Shown here: positions 37,518 to 49,492 of the stretch, one piece after another | How positions within the stretch are numbered: the first letter of the stretch is position 1 | Layout: every line of letters starts with the position of its first letter | DNA from: Macrostomum hystrix | Lineage: Eukaryota; Animalia; Platyhelminthes | DNA: 64,000 nucleotides | Direction of reading: 5' to 3' | NCBI GenBank assembly: GCA_950097015.1 | Contig: CATNEN010000001.1 | Coordinates: 22,754,001-22,818,000, forward strand | Translations under genes and position numbers: made by a program | Notes under the pieces: model-generated | Databases searched by the model: none | Seen by the model: only the letters and a program-made list of their open reading frames with translations | Told to the model about the DNA's origin: nothing

Positions 37518-40500
37518 ATGATGAGTCGGTCAGGTGATTCTGCCTCAGTCTCAGTTATCAAAGAAATCAGAGACGAGTCCGAGATGTACATTGCTCTGAG
37601 CCAGGCCAATGGCCGTCCTCTACTCGCCTGCTTCAGCGCCGCCTGGTGCATGCCGTGTCGAGCGTTCGCGCCGAAACTGCGCCAACTCGCGGACAAGTAC
37701 AGCCGGGTGGCCTTCGTCAAGCTGGATGTTGATAAGATGCGGGTGAGTGAGATACTAGCAGTGGAATCAAACTGGGTGTTAATAAGACGTATATGAGTTA
37801 GATTCTAGCAGCGGAGTCAAGCTGGATGTTGATAAGATGTATATGAGTGAGATTCTAGCAGTGGAATCAAACTGGGTGTTAATAAGACGTATATGAGTGA
37901 GATTCTAGCAGTGGAATCAAGCTGGATGTTGATAAGATGTATATGAGTGAGATTCTAGCAGTGGAGTCAAGCTGGATGTTGATAAGATGTATATGAGTGA
38001 GATTCTAGCAGTGGAATCAATCTGGATGTTGATAAGATGCATATGAGTGAGATTCTAGCAGTGGAATCAATCTGGATGTTGATAAGATGTATATGAGTGA
38101 GATTCTAGCAGTGGAGTCAAGCTGGATGTTGATAAGATGTATATGAGTGAGATTCTAGCAGTGGAATCAATCTGGATGTTGATAAGATGCATATGAGTGA
38201 GATTCTAGCAGCGGAGTCAAACTGGATGTTGATAAGATGTATATGAGTGAGATTCTAGCAGTGGAGTCAAGCTGGATGTTGATAAGATGTATATGAGTGA
38301 GATTCTAGCAGTGGAGTCAAGCTGGATGTTGATAAGATGTATATGAGTGAGATTCTAGCAGTGGAGTCAAGCTGGATGTTGATAAGATGTATATGAGTGA
38401 GATTCTAGCAGTGGAGTAAAGCTGGATGTTGATAAGATGTATATGAGTGAGATTCTAGCAGCGGAGTCAAACTGGATGTTGATAAGATGTATATGAGTGA
38501 GATTCTAGCAGTGGAGTCAAGCTGGATGTTGATAAGATGTATATGAGTGAGATTCTAGCAGTGGAGTCAAGCTGGATGTTGATAAGATGTATATGAGTGA
38601 GATTCTAGCAGCGGAGTCAAACTGGATGTTGATAAGATGTATATGAGTGAGATTCTAGCAGTGGAATCAAGCTGGATGTTGATAAGATGTATATGAGTGA
38701 GATTCTAGCAGTGGAGTCAAGCTGGATGTTGATAAGATGTATATGAGTGAGATTCTAGCAGCGGAGTCAAGCTGGATGTTGATAAGATGTATATGAGTGA
38801 GATTCTAGCAGTGGAATCAAGCTGGATGTTGATAAGATGTATATGAGTGAGATTCTAGCAGTGGAATCAAGCTGGATGTTGATAAGATGTATATGAGTGA
38901 GATTCTAGCAGTGGAATCAATCTGGATGTTGATAAGATGCATATGAGTGAGATTCTAGCAGTGGAATCAATCTGGATGTTGATAAGATGTATATGAGTGA
39001 GATTCTAGCAGTGGAATCAATCTGGATGTTGATAAGATGTATATGAGTGAGATTCTAGCAGTGGAATCAATCTGGATGTTGATAAGATGTATATGAGTGA
39101 GATTCTAGCAGTGGAATCAATCTGGATGTTGATAAGATGTATATGAGTGAGATTCTAGCAGTGGAATCAATCTGGATGTTGATAAGATGTATATGAGTGA
39201 GATTCTAGCAGTGGAATCAAGCTGGATGTTGATAAGATGTATATGAGTGAGATTCTAGCAGCGGAGTCAAGCTGGATGTTGATAAGATGCATATGAGTGA
39301 GATTCTAGCAGTGGAATCAATCTGGATGTTGATAAGATGCATATGAGTGAGATTCTAGCAGTGGAATCAATCTGGATGTTGATAAGATGTATATGAGTGA
39401 GATTCTAGCAGTGGAATCAAGCTGGATGTTGATAAGATGTATATGAGTGAGATTCTAGCAGTGGAATCAAACTGGATGTTGATAAGATGCATATGAGTGA
39501 GATTCTAGCAGCGGAGTCAAGCTGGATGTTGATAAGATGCATATGAGTGAGATTCTAGCAGCGGAGTCAAGCTGGATGTTGATAAGATGTATATGAGTGA
39601 GATTCTAGCAGTGGAATCAATCTGGATGTTGATAAGATGTATATGAGTGAGATTCTAGCAGTGGAGTCAAGCTGGATGTTGATAAGATGTATATGAGTGA
39701 GATTCTAGCAGTGGAATCAATCTGGATGTTGATAAGATGTATATGAGTGAGATTCTAGCAGTGGAATCAATCTGGATGTTGATAAGATGCATATGAGTGA
39801 GATTCTAGCAGTGGAATCAATCTGGATGTTGATAAGATGTATATGAGTGAGATTCTAGCAGTGGAATCAATCTGGATGTTGATAAGATGTATATGAGTGA
39901 GATTCTAGCAGTGGAATCAATCTGGATGTTGATAAGATGTATATGAGTGAGATTCTAGCAGTGGAGTCAAGCTGGATGTTGATAAGATGTATATGAGTGA
40001 GATTCTAGCAGTGGAATCAATCTGGATGTTGATAAGATGTATATGAGTGAGATTCTAGCAGTGGAATCAATCTGGATGTTGATAAGATGTATATGAGTGA
40101 GATTCTAGCAGTGGAATCAAGCTGGATGTTGATAAGATGTATATGAGTGAGATTCTAGCAGCGGAGTCAAGCTGGATGTTGATAAGATGTATATGAGTGA
40201 GATTCTAGCTGCGGAGTCAAGCTGGATGTTGATAAGATGCATATGAGTGAGATTCTAGCAGTGGAATCAATCTGGATGTTGATAAGATGCATATGAGTGA
40301 GATTCTAGCAGTGGAATCAATCTGGATGTTGATAAGATGTATATGAGTGAGATTCTAGCAGTGGAATCAAGCTGGATGTTGATAAGATGTATATGAGTGA
40401 GATTCTAGCAGTGGAATCAAACTGGATGTTGATAAGATGCATATGAGTGAGATTCTAGCAGCGGAGTCAAGCTGGATGTTGATAAGATGCATATGAGTGA

Positions 40501-43500
40501 GATTCTAGCAGCGGAGTCAAGCTGGATGTTGATAAGATGTATATGAGTGAGATTCTAGCAGTGGAATCAATCTGGATGTTGATAAGATGTATATGAGTGA
40601 GATTCTAGCAGTGGAGTCAAGCTGGATGTTGATAAGATGTATATGAGTGAGATTCTAGCAGTGGAATCAATCTGGATGTTGATAAGATGTATATGAGTGA
40701 GATTCTAGCAGTGGAATCAATCTGGATGTTGATAAGATGCATATGAGTGAGATTCTAGCAGTGGAATCAATCTGGATGTTGATAAGATGTATATGAGTGA
40801 GATTCTAGCAGTGGAATCAATCTGGATGTTGATAAGATGTATATGAGTGAGATTCTAGCAGTGGAATCAAGCTGGATGTTGATAAGATGTATATGAGTGA
40901 GATTCTAGCAGCGGAGTCAAGCTGGATGTTGATAAGATGCATATGAGTGAGATTCTAGCAGTGGAATCAATCTGGATGTTGATAAGATGCATATGAGTGA
41001 GATTCTAGCAGTGGAATCAATCTGGATGTTGATAAGATGTATATGAGTGAGATTCTAGCAGTGGAATCAATCTGGATGTTGATAAGATGTATATGAGTGA
41101 GATTCTAGCAGTGGAGTCAAGCTGGATGTTGATAAGATGTATATGAGTGAGATTCTAGCAGTGGAATCAATCTGGATGTTGATAAGATGTATATGAGTGA
41201 GATTCTAGCAGTGGAATCAATCTGGATGTTGATAAGATGTATTTGAGTGAGATTCTAGCAGTGGAATCAATCTGGATGTTGATAAGATGTATATGAGTGA
41301 GATTCTAGCAGTGGAATCAATCTGGATGTTGATAAGATGTATATGAGTGAGATTCTAGCAGTGGAATCAATCTGGATGTTGATAAGATGTATATGAGTGA
41401 GATTCTAGCAGTGGAATCAAGCTGGATGTTGATAAGATGTATATGAGTGAGATTCTAGCTGCGGAGTCAAGCTGGATGTTGATAAGATGCATATGAGTGA
41501 GATTCTAGCAGTGGAATCAATCTGGATGTTGATAAGATGCATATGAGTGAGATTCTAGCAGTGGAATCAATCTGGATGTTGATAAGATGTATATGAGTGA
41601 GATTCTAGCAGTGGAATCAAGCTGGATGTTGATAAGATGTATATGAGTGAGATTCTAGCAGTGGAATCAAACTGGATGTTGATAAGATGCATATGAGTGA
41701 GATTCTAGCAGCGGAGTCAAGCTGGATGTTGATAAGATGCATATGAGTGAGATTCTAGCAGCGGAGTCAAGCTGGATGTTGATAAGATGTATATGAGTGA
41801 GATTCTAGCAGTGGAATCAATCTGGATGTTGATAAGATGTATATGAGTGAGATTCTAGCAGTGGAGTCAAGCTGGATGTTGATAAGATGTATATGAGTGA
41901 GATTCTAGCAGTGGAATCAATCTGGATGTTGATAAGATGTATATGAGTGAGATTCTAGCAGTGGAATCAATCTGGATGTTGATAAGATGCATATGAGTGA
42001 GATTCTAGCAGTGGAATCAATCTGGATGTTGATAAGATGTATATGAGTGAGATTCTAGCAGTGGAATCAATCTGGATGTTGATAAGATGTATATGAGTGA
42101 GATTCTAGCAGTGGAGTCAAGCTGGATGTTGATAAGATGTATATGAGTGAGATTCTAGCAGTGGAGTCAAGCTGGATGTTGATAAGATGCATATGAGTGA
42201 GATTCTAGCAGTGGAATCAATCTGGATGTTGATAAGATGCATATGAGTGAGATTCTAGCAGTGGAATCAAGCTGGATGTTGATAAGATGTATATGAGTGA
42301 GATTCTAGCAGTGGAATCAAACTGGATGTTGATAAGATGCATATGAGTGAGATTCTAGCAGCGGAGTCAAGCTGGATGTTGATAAGATGCATATGAGTGA
42401 GATTCTAGCAGTGGAATCAAGCTGGATGTTGATAAGATGTATATGAGTGAGATTCTAGCAGTGGAATCAATCTGGATGTTGATAAGATGTATATGAGTGA
42501 GATTCTAGCAGTGGAGTCAAGCTGGATGTTGATAAGATGTATATGAGTGAGATTCTAGCAGTGGAATCAATCTGGATGTTGATAAGATGTATATGAGTGA
42601 GATTCTAGCAGTGGAATCAATCTGGATGTTGATAAGATGCATATGAGTGAGATTCTAGCAGTGGAATCAATCTGGATGTTGATAAGATGTATATGAGTGA
42701 GATTCTAGCAGTGGAATCAATCTGGATGTTGATAAGATGTATATGAGTGAGATTCTAGCAGTGGAATCAAGCTGGATGTTGATAAGATGTATATGAGTGA
42801 GATTCTAGCAGCGGAGTCAAGCTGGATGTTGATAAGATGCATATGAGTGAGATTCTAGCAGTGGAATCAATCTGGATGTTGATAAGATGCATATGAGTGA
42901 GATTCTAGCAGTGGAATCAATCTGGATGTTGATAAGATGTATATGAGTGAGATTCTAGCAGTGGAATCAATCTGGATGTTGATAAGATGTATATGAGTGA
43001 GATTCTAGCAGTGGAGTCAAGCTGGATGTTGATAAGATGTATATGAGTGAGATACTAGCAGTGGAATCAATCTGGATGTTGATAAGATGTATATGAGTGA
43101 GATTCTAGCAGTGGAATCAATCTGGATGTTGATAAGATGTATATGAGTGAGATTCTAGCAGTGGAGTCAAGCTGGATGTTGATAAGATGTATATGAGTGA
43201 GATTCTAGCAGTGGAATCAATCTGGATGTTGATAAGATGTATATGAGTGAGATTCTAGCAGTGGAATCAAGCTGGATGTTGATAAGATGTATATGAGTGA
43301 GATTCTAGCAGTGGAATCAATCTGGATGTTGATAAGATGTACATGAGTAAGATTCTAGCAGTGGAGTCAAGCTGGATGTTGATAAGATGTATATGAGTGA
43401 GATTCTAGCAGTGGAGTCAAGCTGGATGTTGATAAGATGTATATGAGTGAGATTCTAGCAGTGGAATCAAGCTGGATGTTGATAAGATGTATATGAGTGA

Positions 43501-45102
43501 GATTCTAGCAGTGGAATCAATCTGGATGTTGATAAGATGTATATGAGTGAGATTCTAGCAGTGGAATCAATCTGGATGTTGATAAGATGTATATGAGTGA
43601 GATTCTAGCAGTGGAGTCAACCTGGATGTTGATAAGATGTATATGAGTGAGATTCTAGCAGTGGAATCAATCTGGATGTTGATAAGATGTACATGAGTAA
43701 GATTCTAGCAGTGGAGTCAACCTGGATGTTGATAAGATGTACATGGGTGAGATTCTAGGGATTCTAGCTTTTGGGACTTGGCTAGCTCATGAACTCCTAG
43801 TCAACTGCAGGGTTCAGTGTTCCAACTATTCACTTTGCAGTGGTTAGTCAGCTACTTGTAGCTAGTTTTTTTGCTTTGATGTGTTGGTGATGTAATGTTA
43901 GGAGAATGCTCAGTCGTATAAAAGTACTTGCAATCTTTCGGATATGCCGTTTGAATTTCTACTGACGAAAAAACTTTGACGGAAATTTTGCCACCAGAAA
44001 AGGCAGATAGGTAGATGATGAGTGGTGAAAAGGGTAGATGAGGGAGGGTAGATAAGAGATGGTAGTTAAGGGAGGGTAGTTAAGGGAGGGTAGTTAAGGG
44101 AGTGTAGATGAGGGAGGGTAGATGAGGGAGTGTAGATGAGGGAGTGTAGATGAGGGAGTGTAGATGAGGGAGTGTAGATGAGGGAGTGTAGATGAGGGAT
44201 GGTAGTTAAGGGATGGTAGTTATGGGAGGGTAGTTTAGGGAGGGTAGTTAAGGGAGGGTAGTTAAGGGAGGGTAGTTAAGGGAGGGTAGTTTAGGGAGGG
44301 TAGTTTAGGGAGGGTAGTTTAGGGAGGGTAGTTTAGGGAGGGTAGTTTAGGGAGGGTAGTTTAGGGAGGGTAGTTTAGGGAGGGTAGTTATGGGAGGGTA
44401 GTTTAGGGAGGGTAGTTAAGGGAGGGTAGTTAAGGGAGGGTAGTTAAGGGAGGGTAGTTAAGGGAGGGTAGTTAAGGGAGGGTAGTTAAGGGAGGGTAGT
44501 TAAGGGAGGGTAGTTAAGGGAGGGTAGTTAAGGGAGGGTAGTTAAGGGAGGGTAGTTAAGGGAGGGTAGTTAAGGGAGGGTAGTTAAGGGGGGGTAGTTA
44601 AGGGAGGGTAGTTAAGGGAGGGTAGTTAAGGGAGGGTAGTTTAGGGAGGGTAGTTAAGGGAGGGTAGTTAAGGGAGGGTAGTTTAGGGAGGGTAGTTTAG
44701 GGAGGGTAGTTAAGGGAGGGTAGTTAAGGGAGGGTAGTTAAGGGAGGGTAGTTTAGGGAGGGTAGTTAAGGGAGGGTAGTTTAGAGAGGGTAGTTATGGG
44801 AGGGTAGTTTAGGGAGGGTAGTTAAGGGAGGGTAGATGTTGAAGCGTAGATGAGGGTAGTTCAGTATTGAGTTAAGGTCTTTAATATTATGCAATTGAAT
44901 ATAAAAGCTGCCAAGAGCCGGTCCCCTCACTCCGCAGAACCTTGCTGACCAGCACGGAATTGAGATGCTGCCTACCTTCGTCTTATTCAAGAACGGCTAT
45001 CGAGCTGGCTCGGCCTCTGGCACAGCCGATGGCAGAATTGAAGCCCTGCTGGCGGCGCATGGGATCTTCCCGACAAACACCTCGTCATCCGTTGACACTT
45101 AA
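37518..45102 (+). CDS. Thioredoxin-family protein (129 aa, WCMPC active site), 2 exons
   Basis: Exon 37518-37742 (..LLACFSAAWCMPCRAFAPKLRQLADKYSRVAFVKLDVDKMR|GTGAGT) joined in phase 0 to exon 44938-45102 (CCGCAG|NLADQHGIEMLPTFVLFKNG...*, including the cis-Pro PTF motif). The second exon is not in the ORF track. Confidence 0.9.
37717..43758. repeat. 50-bp tandem satellite, ~120 copies, derived from the thioredoxin exon1/intron1 junction
   Basis: Unit TCAAGCTGGATGTTGATAAGATGYATATGAGTGAGATTCTAGCAGTGGAA; the first unit is the real exon end plus donor. Confidence 0.97.
44035..44835. repeat. 14-bp G-rich minisatellite (GGGAGGGTAGTTAA / GGGAGGGTAGTTTA)
   Basis: Direct periodicity inside the thioredoxin intron. 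Confidence 0.95.
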
Positions 45103-45230
45103 GTCACTTAGTTTTTATAGAGTACTGCAGTATTAGTACAGACTCAAAGGATTGATAAATTGAATGATTGAATGAATGTACACTATCGACAAATCCGTTA
45201 GTTTTCGCTCACGTGGATGAGCACCGGTTA

Positions 45231-45302
45231 GCCGTGATCGTATAGTGGTTAGTACTTCTCGTTGTGGCCGAGACAACCCAGGTTCGAATCCTGGTCACGG
45301 CA
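45231..45302 (+). tRNA. tRNA-His (anticodon GTG)
   Basis: GCCGTGA/TCACGGC acceptor stem, A box TAGTGGTTAG, anticodon stem TCTCG/CGAGA with loop TTGTGGC, T arm CCAGG-TTCGAAT-CCTGG. No encoded G-1, as expected for eukaryotic tRNA-His. Confidence 0.96.
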
Positions 45303-46194
45303 AGTTGCTGTTGAAGTCTCTTGCATGGCATAGGGTGCTATAATTTTTTTTATTAACAGCTTAGCGTATCAAAAGTAAAAAACTTCGACAATGTAGCAAT
45401 TAGAATTCGTCATGTGCTTTTGATGTCAGCAATTAGAATATTCGTGAGTAAAAGCAATAGCAATTTTGTATTGCCGATATGTGTTGAAAAATCGGAATAG
45501 CAATACTTTTCTATAGTTACTGTCATAGTGAAATTAGCGTTTTTCGTTTCGTTTAATATGCCAATCCGACTGTAATTTGTTGAATTTTACCTTGATGCAT
45601 TATCAACGCGCTTTTCTATAAGTACAATAAAGTACTTTTAGGCTTCTCTCTCTCTGCTGCCGTGTTTTTGATTGTCGTGTGCTTGCGTTGCTCCATTCGG
45701 GTGCAGCAAAGAATTGTCAGCGGGGAATTCCCCCCCCCCAAAGGTAGTTTTACTGCAAAAAAAATCCCCCGTTATTGACAAACTACCCAATAAAACTCAC
45801 CGAAAACTGGTATCCATAACTCAACACAGCTTATTGCTCAGTCAGTAGAAATCGTAGTTTAATGGATGCATAGATAGACACTACTCACTACTCACTTCAA
45901 GCGAGTAGCAATGGTAGTGTATGACAAAGACACCTGTAATTTATATGTTCTCTAAAGTCTGAAATAGCCAATAGCGAGCCTTCAAATAATCTTCGCCAAT
46001 CTAGACAAAACCAGATTGAGGCATTGTGACTGCGATTTAAGATCTTGGCTTAGCAGATTCTGGAATTCTGACATCAGCAGTGAATATTTTGCTTTGCACT
46101 GGCTTGTTGGTTTACAGGAATCATTTCTGTAAGTTTCATTGGCTGCATGCTATCAGGTGATTCGATGTAGCTTTGTACTTGTGTTTAGAGATGT

Positions 46195-46790
46195 GGTAAG
46201 ACTGGGTGAGATTTGGTGAGACTGGGTGAGATTCGGTGAGACTGGGTGAGATTAGCTGAGACTGGGTGAGATTCGGTGAGACTGGGTGAGATTCGTTGAG
46301 ACTGGGTGAGATTTGGTGAGTCAGGGTGAGATTTGTTGAGATTTGGTGAGTCAAGGTGAGATTTTGTTGAGATTTGATGAGATTTGGTGAGTCAGGGTGA
46401 GATTTGGTGAGACTGGGTGAGATTCGGTGAGACTGGGTGAGATTCGTTGAGACTGGGTGAGATTCGGTGAGACTGGGTGAGATTTAGTGAGACTGGGTGA
46501 GACTCGGTGAGACTGGGTGAGATTCGTTGAGACTGGGTGAGATTTGGTGAGTCAGGGTGAGATTTGGTGAGTCAGGGTGAGATTTGGTGAGACTGAGTGA
46601 GATTTGGTGAGTCAGGGTGAGATTTGGTGAGTCAGGGTGAGACTGGGTGAGATTCGGTGAGATTTTGTGAGACTGCGTGAAACTAGGTGAGACTTTGTAA
46701 GAACTGGAGATACTAGGTGAGATTAGAAGATACTTGCTGGGACTGGGTGAGATTTGGAGGGGATTTTGTGAGATTTGGTCTGACTGGGTG
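46195..46790. repeat. 10-bp minisatellite (GGTGAGACTG / GGTGAGATTT)
   Basis: Direct periodicity. Confidence 0.93.
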
Positions 46791-47094
46791 AATCTACAAG
46801 TCCCACGGTAAATCTGTAAAACTTAAAGAACAATTTTTTTTCAAGCCTAGAGCAATTATTGCTGTCAATCATTGAATAATTTTCACCTCAAACACTGCAC
46901 CTCCAGATAGATTTGCGCGTCTGAGTTCCAATCGCATCGAATATTTGAGTACGAATAAATTATTAAGTATTATACTGATTCAATGGTACGCTGGTGTTGG
47001 TGTTTTAGTGCAGCAATATCGTTTCTTGGCTCGTTTCCTAGAATATTACGTGTAATCGGATCTAGGATGGTACAAGGAATCGAGGCTAGCAAAA

Positions 47095-48430
47095 TCCGTG
47101 CTTGGAATCGTTGCTATCTAGAATCGTACCTGGAATCGTAGCTATAGCTAGAATCTTTCCTGGAATCGAAGCATCGTACTTGGAACCGTAGCTAGCTAGA
47201 ATCGTACTTGGAATCGTAGCTAGCTAGAATCGTACTTGGAATCGTAGCTAGCTAGAATCGTACTTGGAATCGTAGCTAGCTAGAATCGTACTTGGAATCG
47301 TAGCTAGCTAGAATCGTACTTGGAATCGTAGCTAGCTAGAATCGTACTTGGAATCGTAGCTAACTAGAATTGTACTTGGAATCGTAGCTAGCTAGAATGA
47401 TACTTGGATTCGTAGCTAGCTAGAATGGTACTTGGAATCGTAGCTAGCTAGAATCGTACTTGGAATTGTAGCTAGCTAGAATTGTACTTGGAATCGTAGC
47501 TAGCTAGAATTTTACTTGGAATCGTAGCTAGCTAGAATTGTACTTGGAATCGTAGCTAGCTAGAATTTTACTTGGAATCGTAGCTAGCTAGAATTGTACT
47601 TGGAATCGCAGCTAGCTAGAATCGTACTTGGAATCGTAGCTAGCTAGAATTGAACTCGGAATCGTAGCTAGCTGGAATCGTACTTGGAATCGTAGCTAGC
47701 TAGAATCTTTCCTGGAATCGAAGCATCGTACTAGGAGTCATAGATAGCTAGAATTATACTTGGAATCGTAGCTAGCTAGAATCGTACTCGGAATCGTAGA
47801 TAGCTAGAATTTTACTTGGAATCGTAGCTAGCTAGAATCGTACTTGGAATCGTAGCTAGCTGGAATCGTACTCGGAATCGTAGCTAGCTAGAATGATACT
47901 TGGATTCGTAGCTAGCTAGAATGGTACTTGGAATCGTAGCTAGCTAGAATCGTACTTGGAATTGTAGCTAGCTAGAATTGTACTTGGAATCGTAGCTAGC
48001 TAGAATTTTACTTGGAATCGTAGCTAGCTAGAATTGTACTTGGAATCGTAGCTAGCTAGAATTTTACTTGGAATCGTAGCTAGCTAGAATTGTACTTGGA
48101 ATCGCAGCTAGCTAGAATCGTACTTGGAATCGTAGCTAGCTAGAATTGAACTCGGAATCGTAGCTAGCTGGAATCGTACTTGGAATCGTAGCTAGCTAGA
48201 ATCTTTCCTGGAATCGAAGCATCGTACTAGGAGTCATAGATAGCTAGAATTATACTTGGAATCGTAGCTAGCTAGAATCGTACTCGGAATCGTAGATAGC
48301 TAGAATTTTACTTGGAATCGTAGCTAGCTAGAATCGTACTTGGAATCGTAGCTAGCTGGAATCGTACTCGGAATCGTAGCTAGCTAGAATTTTACTTGGA
48401 ATCGTAGCTAGCTAGAATCGTATTTAGAAT
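47095..48430. repeat. 28-bp minisatellite (GGAATCGTAGCTAGCTAGAATCGTACTT) with a 496-bp higher-order duplication
   Basis: Diagnostic variants recur 496 bp apart (47395/47891; 47703/48199). Confidence 0.95.
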
Positions 48431-48871
48431 CGAATATTGCAAAAGCAGCAGCATTTTTTATTAATTTTTTGTTCCTTATCAGTACAGCTTTAAACACAAG
48501 CTTATTCACACTGAAAACGGTTTCTCTTTTAACAAAATTTACGTTTGTACTTTTGCTGAAAATTAGTAGCGAAAGAAACATCAAGAGCCGAAACTGGCCA
48601 TAAAGCTTCAACCGATTCTCTTATCAGATATGTCAGATATTCAGAACCTACTTGAAATTACTTGTCGAGGTCTTTTAAAGTTTGCGGAAAAAACTGAATG
48701 CTTTTATCTGTTGCATCAATTGCAAGCAAGTTGAATTTGACAATAGCTGAAGACAGGTAGATAATAGTAGATAGACAGGTAGATATTAGTAGAGAGACAG
48801 AAGATAATGGTAGATAGACAGAAGATAATGGTAGATAGACAGGTACATAAAAGTAGATGGACAGGTAGATA

Positions 48872-49179
48872 ATATTAATAATAATAATTGATTACACCTG
48901 CCCCAATTGGGTCAGATGTGCAGCCGACAGCACAGCCGCAGCTATTGGGCGGCGCATCTGAAGGCTGCGTACGGCTGTTCAGTCCATGGACTGGGGGGAC
49001 GCCACACCCACCTTCAATTATCCCAGCTGATGCTGGTACCCATTTAACAGCTGGGTGAACTGAAGCAATGCAGAGTTAAGTGTCTTGCTAAAGGACACAA
49101 ATTGTTCAGTGGAGTCGCGAATCGAACCCCCGACCTTCAAGTCGTGAGTCCGACGCCCTAACCACTAGGGTACAACCTC
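48872..49179 (-). mobile_element. tRNA-derived SINE with a CORE/MIR-like body and (TTA)n tail
   Basis: Minus strand: TAGTGGTTAGGGCGTCGGAC (A box), GGTTCGATTC (B box), GTGTCCTTTAGCAAGACACTTAAC (CORE-like), CACCCAGCTGTTAAATGGGTACC, then a TTATTATTA tail. Inserted into a degenerate AGACAGGTAGAT repeat. Confidence 0.8.
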
Positions 49180-49492
49180 TTTAATAGTAGTAAATAATAG
49201 TTAATAGACAGGCAGATATTAGTAGACAGAGAGGTAGATAAAAGTAGCTAGACAGATGGATAACAGTAGATCGACAGATAGATAATAAAATATCGACAGG
49301 TAGACAGACAGGTAGATAAGGTAGATGGTAGGATTCAGATACGTTGAATCGAGAGCAAATACAGGTTTAACGATAAAAAGTTGGCGCTCTATTAAGATGT
49401 TTCATCCCAAGGGAATTTCTACTGACCAATCCGTTCGTTTTCACTCGAATCTCCATCTCCAGGGAAGTTGAACGGCTTAGAATAAGATTGAC

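Noticed and set aside
37717-43758. CRISPR-like appearance of the long regular arrays (also 1-1752, 20364-21352 and 47095-48430)
   Set aside because: Units are head-to-tail with no unique spacers, there are no cas genes, and the context is eukaryotic.
44250-44810. Interstitial telomeric repeat
   Set aside because: TTAGGG occurs only as part of a 14-bp unit variant, never as tandem (TTAGGG)n.
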